Part shown: positions 59,501 to 64,000 of the stretch, piece by piece
How the letters are laid out: each line of letters begins with the position of its first letter
Numbering within the stretch: position 1 is the stretch's first letter
Origin: Azolla caroliniana
Taxonomy: Eukaryota > Plantae > Polypodiophyta
Assembly (NCBI GenBank): GCA_043228905.1
Contig: JBHGNT010000014.1
Coordinates: 744,001-808,000 of the forward strand
Length of the DNA: 64,000 nucleotides
Direction of reading: 5' to 3'
The notes under the pieces: generated by a model
What the model was told of the DNA's origin: nothing
Seen by the model: the letters and a program-made list of their open reading frames with translations, nothing else
Database searches by the model: none
Translations under genes and position numbers: made by a program

Positions 59501-60046
59501 CTTCAGCTCGCGGAGCGTCTCGTTGGTGAAGGTGTGTCCTATGCAGGCCGGATCTCGTAAGCTGGGGTCCGATGCAACCCCTTTGATTCGGGATTCGCTG
59601 CCCTCCGGTAAGGGCGCCGCAACTGGCCTCACCTTCCGGTCCACAGTCTTGTACTTGGTGCTAACTCGGGCCGTCCGTTCCGACTCGAGCCCTCGACCGA
59701 AGTCCGCGATGACTTCGTACATTTCTTCTGAACATACCGGTATCGTCCGGTCTTCGATAAGGTCTTCTTCGACTACCCTCCCCAGCATTCCCAAGGTGTC
59801 GTCGAAGGAGACTGCCTCCACGGCTCCGTTGATTTCTTCGTCAGGGCCGAGAACTCCGCACGCCCGAAGTCTCCCCTCCGTCTTTGTTTTCTCTCGGCCG
59901 GCGATGCCGACCATCGTACATGCTCCGCTGTCGGAGAAGCAAAATTTCCTACCTATTGTACACGGTTTTATCGTACAGATGTGGGGTTTTCCCGGAGCAT
60001 CCGGACTGTCGCGGCCCCACGCCTTGGCAGTCCTCTCTAAAAATCC
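56558..60046 (-). CDS. Pol ORF (RT-RNase H-integrase), in the -1 frame relative to gag-pro
   Basis: RT LPQG/FLDD, RH VDTSPTG, INT H-H-C-C, MVDLV..ADRGE..ERGH, and GPY. The frame is open from the slippery site at 60046 through the ATG at 59914. Confidence 0.92.
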   Translation of the reverse strand, partial: GFLERTAKAWGRDSPDAPGKPHICTIKPCTIGRKFCFSDSGACTMVGIAGREKTKTEGRLRACGVLGPDEEINGAVEAVSFDDTLGMLGRVVEEDLIEDRTIPVCSEEMYEVIADFGRGLESERTARVSTKYKTVDRKVRPVAAPLPEGSESRIKGVASDPSLRDPACIGHTFTNETLRELKIGGGRFLLPVEEDRFRRMLGRHGKAFAFSPEEIGCVDPTIVEPMVIFTVPHVPWNLKPIPVPRAHIPKLMELLKQKVDMGILEPSSAPYSNRWFTVPKKNGSLRFIQDLQPVNRVTIRNAGIGPTIDEFAEAFAGRSIYSVGDLYSGYDQFQLAVESRDITTMRTPLGLVRMCTLPQGGTNSVAHMVNAMNKVMRDCIPDITMPFLDDIPIKGCPVEEKDETIGPDGCRRFVVTHIDDCEKVLQRLEDARLTFSGEKSAFGQSEIMVVGHLCGPYGRRPSPAKVEAISAMKPDCSSVTEVRRFLGACAFYHIWIPHYAHVAEPLYGLLKKGRRFEWLDKHTESVRKLKEALSAAPALRKAVYRKGTPVYITVDTSPTGIGWVVNQEDEDGNRFPIRFGAKVLSERQRGYAQVKRELWGIVSAVKADKDYLIGTEAIIETDCMPILGMVSGCATPDLAMLRWIAYIKSLDPEIRHISGKDNAMADMLSRARFDDEGGMVSEDEEVGVDFFETAYVTTDGTSTPALNDFDASKYDGEWLQIGGFLKTMMPDASWTKDEANRIRKKAYRFFLRDGYLWKHPKKRDGAPLRVVATREEQEELLTAYHDSPWAGHRGTWATFEKLKGKYWWPGQYQDVHRFVTTCESCQMHSIVRHRDELHPTYPPTIHFKWMVDLVTMPMGVGQMRYLVLAREDLTNQVEGRALPNKTTAAVCRFLIEDVICRYGCVGKIVADRGELDAEEAAELFDRLGVKLSLTTAYNPEANGKVERGHGPIVKALVRACGGRVGNWPRLLPYALWADRTMHSSVTGYMPTELMFGQKPIMPMERTISSWATVDWRDEMSREELLAARIRQLERRPEDVELAAEKLRVARKKNKARFDRTHRLRPKKIEEGDWVLVYDSSLDNQHRATRKFARRWFGPYVVRGANDNGTYHLAELDGTRMAIPVAGKRIKAFKKRHDDEPDPALPVSSDERSENEEEPTGEE
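59981..60046 (-). promoter_or_regulatory. Putative -1 programmed ribosomal frameshift signal
   Basis: G GAU UUU immediately before the gag-pro UAG, a 6-nt spacer, then interleaved stems GGACUG/CAGUCC and GUGGGG/CCCCAC. Confidence 0.75.
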
Positions 60047-62163
60047 TCTCGGTTTTCGGAACCGAAGGAGTCGCGGTTACGTTCGTGGTTCGGCCGTACC
60101 GTCAGAAACTGGACCGAATGGCGCCCGTCTTGGCTTTTGACCCTCGCGTAGGCCGAACCATTGTCCAGCACCTTGGTCTCCATCCGCGCCGCCGTGATGT
60201 ACGGCTCTCCCAGTATGACCGGATGCGAAGACGTCTCCTGCACGAAGAAGTGCTGGTCAATCTCGACGTCGCCGATCTTGACTCGCACATTCGGACAGGC
60301 CCCGTGCAGCTCCTCGGTGGCGCGCGTTGCCGCCCTTATTTTCCACCCGTGCTTGGTGTTGATCGGCCATTTGCCCTTCTTATAGAAGTCCATGGACATC
60401 AAGTTGATCTCCGATCCGTGGTCCACCAAAGCTATCACCGGTTCCTGGACATCGCCGATCTTCACCGGGGTTTCCGTGGTCGCTCGGGCCCAGTGTGGTC
60501 TCGAATAGTGGCTTTCCGCCCACTCGTCTCCCAGCGCCATGTCGTCTAGGTGCGTCGTCTGCACTTCCACTGGTCTTTCCGGTTCTGTCTCCGTTGACAG
60601 CCTCTTCCGTTTCACCAAGTCCACGATGGAGTCGTGGAACTCCTTCTTGGCGATTCCCAGCACCTCTCGTAACGACAGCTCCACCTTGCTGTCGAGGATC
60701 CGTTCCTCCAGGACCTTTCGTAAGTCCGTGGTCCTTTCTATCTCCGTCCCCAGACGGTACCCGCCCTTCTGGGGTTTATCTTTCGTACCGGCCCCGCCGG
60801 CTTCGTCCCGTCGTGGCCCGGACCGGGTCTCGTATCGTTGCGAGGGCCCGGTCGTCCCGGGTTTCCCCACCCGCTTCTCTTCTACCAGAGCCTCGTAGTT
60901 CTGGCAAGCGGCTTCCACGAAGCCCGTCCTTTCCTCGACCGGGTCGCTCCACCCGGTCATCTCCCGTACCCGTTTCTCCGCGCGGTCCGATTCCTCCCCT
61001 TTTAGCCTTGCACCGGCAAAGCCTCCCAGCATCGTCGGCCAGAATCCGGCTTTGCTTTCCCTTCGGGCCTCGCCGCCCCCGACTCGAATGCCGGCCGACG
61101 CTGAGTAGTGGACGGTTTCCGCGTGTCGGGCCGCCGCCTCTTCCATCAACCTTTTCATACCACCTCGCCCGTCGTTTCGGCTCAGGGCCCTTCGGGTGTC
61201 GCTGGCATGCACCCGCCCTTCCCACAGGTACACCACCCTGTCCCTTAGCGCCTCCGCGAAGTCGCCGCAGTCCTTCCGAATGTGGCCGACTTCATCGCAC
61301 CACATGCACCTGTTTCCTGCCGCCGGCCGTCGGTCACGAGCCGGTTCGCCACCTTCCCTTCGGGCTTGCGCGATTTGGAGGTCCTTTACCGCCCTCGTCA
61401 ATTCCTCCAGCGCCGCTCCTCCGGTTGAGCCTCTGACTACGCCGGTCGAAGCCGAACCGGTTTCCAACCACTCTCGGGTCTCATCCTTTCGCACCTGTGG
61501 CGCTGGTTCGAACTTCCTTGCTGCGACCGAGCCCGACCCGGTTACCCCGTTATCCGCCCATTCTCGCCGTTTGTCGAAACGGCCACAGACTTTCTTGACA
61601 GCCGCCCAATCGGTAGTGAGCCCGTCTTCGGTTTCCAGCAAGAGGCCCACTTGCTCCCGATCCCGCTCGTCGACCGACTTGACAAACAGCAAGACCCGGC
61701 TCGTGTCCAGGATGGTTCGGTCGAGCGCCGAAAGGCGCGCAAAGTTTTCCTCGAACTCCCGGAGGAGTGCCGACGCGTTTCTTCCCTTCCCCGGGGACTC
61801 CACCCATTCCATGAACCTTCGCTTCGAAAGCCGGAGCGCGTCGTCCAGCCCGTATTTCTCTAGGAGCCGACCTTCGAACTCCTCCCAGGTACGGCTCTCC
61901 GCCCGCACCTCGAGCACCTCCGCATGGATGCTCGGCATTGCTACTCGGGGAAATCCGGCAAGACGCCTTTCTTCCGGAATGTCCCGCATCAGCATTTCTG
62001 CACCGTAGGACGCCAGATACTTCGTGGCATCCCTCCCATCGAACCGGCCGATCGTGCCGACGACCGCCTCGATAGCTCTGTCGAGGGCACCGGTGCCCTC
62101 GCGCGCATTTACAATCCGATCCACGGCCGAAGCCATGGCCTCTGCAAGATCCGACCCCCTCAT
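60037..62163 (-). CDS. Gag-protease ORF
   Basis: Knuckle CMWCDEVGHIRKDC, aspartic protease ALVDHGSEINLM and ILGEPY flap region. The first ATG after the PBS is at 62163. Confidence 0.92.
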   Translation of the reverse strand: MRGSDLAEAMASAVDRIVNAREGTGALDRAIEAVVGTIGRFDGRDATKYLASYGAEMLMRDIPEERRLAGFPRVAMPSIHAEVLEVRAESRTWEEFEGRLLEKYGLDDALRLSKRRFMEWVESPGKGRNASALLREFEENFARLSALDRTILDTSRVLLFVKSVDERDREQVGLLLETEDGLTTDWAAVKKVCGRFDKRREWADNGVTGSGSVAARKFEPAPQVRKDETREWLETGSASTGVVRGSTGGAALEELTRAVKDLQIAQARREGGEPARDRRPAAGNRCMWCDEVGHIRKDCGDFAEALRDRVVYLWEGRVHASDTRRALSRNDGRGGMKRLMEEAAARHAETVHYSASAGIRVGGGEARRESKAGFWPTMLGGFAGARLKGEESDRAEKRVREMTGWSDPVEERTGFVEAACQNYEALVEEKRVGKPGTTGPSQRYETRSGPRRDEAGGAGTKDKPQKGGYRLGTEIERTTDLRKVLEERILDSKVELSLREVLGIAKKEFHDSIVDLVKRKRLSTETEPERPVEVQTTHLDDMALGDEWAESHYSRPHWARATTETPVKIGDVQEPVIALVDHGSEINLMSMDFYKKGKWPINTKHGWKIRAATRATEELHGACPNVRVKIGDVEIDQHFFVQETSSHPVILGEPYITAARMETKVLDNGSAYARVKSQDGRHSVQFLTVRPNHERNRDSFGSENREDF

Positions 62164-64000
62164 CTTCTGCTCTTCTGCCGCCTCTTTCACGTCGGGTTCA
62201 CCAAAGATGTCTAGATATTACGCAAGTGCGTGTGGAAACGAGGCGGGACCGCGGGGGTCTCGAACCAAAGAGCAAGCGAGGGAAGAGAAAGAGGGAGAAC
62301 CGGCTACGCAGGACCGGGGATACACAGGGACACGGCCCTTCAGCACGGAGAACGCGAACAGACACCGACACAGACAGATGCGAATGACTAAATATGTATA
62401 TTAAGAAAAATGGCTAGCATGACTACAACCCCCGATGGGGCACAGGTTGGTTACAACCGAACAGGCCGGCGAACAGATGCCGATGCCTGTTCGCTTCGAC
62501 GCACAAAGGGGGTAGCAGGTCGGAGGTGCTGCCGGAAGCGCTCGGGCGTTCCTCGAAACAGCGCGAGCCTCCTCGGAACCCTGCACAGAAAGCTATGGAG
62601 CTCAAGAAGGAAGGAAACAGAGAGAGAAGCGTCCAGAAACGGTCCGACAGCACTTCGTCCTCTCTGCGCGAGATGCCCGCAACAGCTCTTTCCTCCTCTT
62701 ATATAGGCCGACGAGCAGGCCGTCGTGTCAGCTTTATTCCCTGTCCCTTTCGAACAGGGATCCGCTCCGTTCTTCACGCATCCGCGTAGTTACGCCGCCG
62801 ACTCGTACAGTTCGCGCGCGCGACCGGAAAGACTGTTCGCGCGGTCTTTGTCTCCACTCGTGTTAGGGCCCGTTCCTGCCAATTATCCTCCTAATTCGCT
62901 TCTATGTACAACTTGGAGCGTGCGCGCGTGAAGAACCGGTTCCCACGCCTTGGTGCGCCGATTCCGCTTATGGACGGTTTTCTTCACGACAACGTGATTG
63001 ATGTATGTGATTATGGCATTGCACCGGAGTATGTAGAAGCATTCATTAGAAGTTGTGGTTGCCAAATGGTGTCAAAGGTTGACCCGAACGAAAGTTTGGG
63101 AGAGAGCATGGTCACATATAACAAGACCCTACCCATAGAAGTGATCAAGGTAGAAACCCACCAGTTATATGATGCGCTCACGGATTTGCAAACCAAGTAT
63201 CACACAAGCTTAAGGAAAGGAGTCAAGAAGGGTATGCGTGTGACTAGGTATAGTTGTCATTGTGTCTAATTCCACTTGACGACATAGTTGCACACCCCGA
63301 TGTGGGTGTACATTCCATGTGGGCATTAGAATGAATGACAGGTTGACAATGAGACATTGTCCATTTTGATATATGGACCTCACAATGGTCATGTACCATG
63401 TAGTAGGTTGGATGTGTACCATTTGCCAGCACACCCCAATGTCATAAGTTGTTGCAAAGATGACCTATTTGATATTGGGTGTGCAAGGCATGTGGCACGA
63501 ATGAGCATGCGTAAGTAAGCATATCATAAGTCCAAGGCTAGTCCATTAGAGCTTGTTAGCTATAAGTTCTTGGGCAATCGACTCGACATTTAAAACAAAC
63601 CAATTTGGGCTACCCCAACGCCATGGGCATTGGGATCTCGTTATGGTACATGCTTTGTAGTTTTGATAAGGGGTCAAACCATGAGCAAGTCGCATTAGAA
63701 ACTTTCTTGAGAGTCATATTCGCAATGATGCCCATGGTGAGGCCAAATGAGATAGTGATTGATAAATGTTGGACATCATATAATGCCATAACTAATGTGG
63801 TTTCAATAGATTGTCAATCTTGGATTGTTGTAAATGGGCAACAGTCGCAAACAGATTGTTGACCTTTGTTGTGTCTGTTTCACGTCAAAAAATCATGGGT
63901 GGACCATTTGTTGTAAGTGCAACTGAGAGAAACCATCTTTATAAATGAAAGTGCCAACTGATGCAATGCATTACTAAATCCACATTCAATTTTATGTGTG

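Larger units (their letters stand above)
55703..62991 (-). mobile_element. Intact, very young non-chromovirus Ty3/gypsy element (Phygy-like)
   Basis: 784-bp LTRs at 55703-56486 and 62208-62991 (one substitution seen). 4-bp TSD ACGT, tRNA-Trp PBS at 62187-62203, PPT at 56487-56503, and two intact ORFs. Confidence 0.97.
55227..64000 (+). pseudogene. Degraded Mutator-like (MULE) transposase, split by the intact gypsy element
   Basis: WAIDSTFKTNQFGLP (~63570-63615), IVIDK and LLCLFHVKKSW (the CxxH motif of MULE transposases). The frame ELKWDY|VIDVCDY is continuous across the gypsy insertion. The 5' boundary is uncertain. Confidence 0.72.

Noticed and set aside
60495-62008. Long plus-strand ORFs (313 aa, 270 aa) and similar ORFs at 13939-14847 and 24218-25168
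   Set aside because: These are antisense shadows of GC-rich gag/pol with no recognisable domains.

Overview
This is eukaryotic (land-plant) nuclear DNA made almost entirely of nested transposable elements. The element types point to a moss such as Physcomitrium/Funariaceae (inference). I found no intact host gene, RNA gene or CRISPR array. Termini, PBS, PPT and TSDs resolve these elements: an old chromovirus-like Ty3/gypsy remnant; five copies of a Bryco/RLC5-like Ty1/copia family (A1-A5); seven Tork/Tnt1-like copia copies or LTRs (B1-B6 plus C, which is intact at 42269-47691); five insertions of a tRNA-Trp-primed non-chromovirus Ty3/gypsy group (one intact at 55703-62991); a solo LTR of another family; a hAT-type MITE; a Mutator-like transposase remnant; and a 1.4-kb plastid-like (ycf1) filler insertion. 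Five observations stand out. (1) Independent insertions and breakpoints recur at homologous nucleotides in different copies of the same host element. (2) The intact gypsy has a -1 frameshift cassette (G_GAU_UUU plus an H-type pseudoknot) placed after the protease. (3) Antisense tRNA-like Pol III modules sit in the U3 of three LTRs. (4) All 4-bp gypsy target sites are CG-centred. (5) The ycf1 fragment looks foreign rather than host-derived. All alignments and mismatch counts were made by eye.
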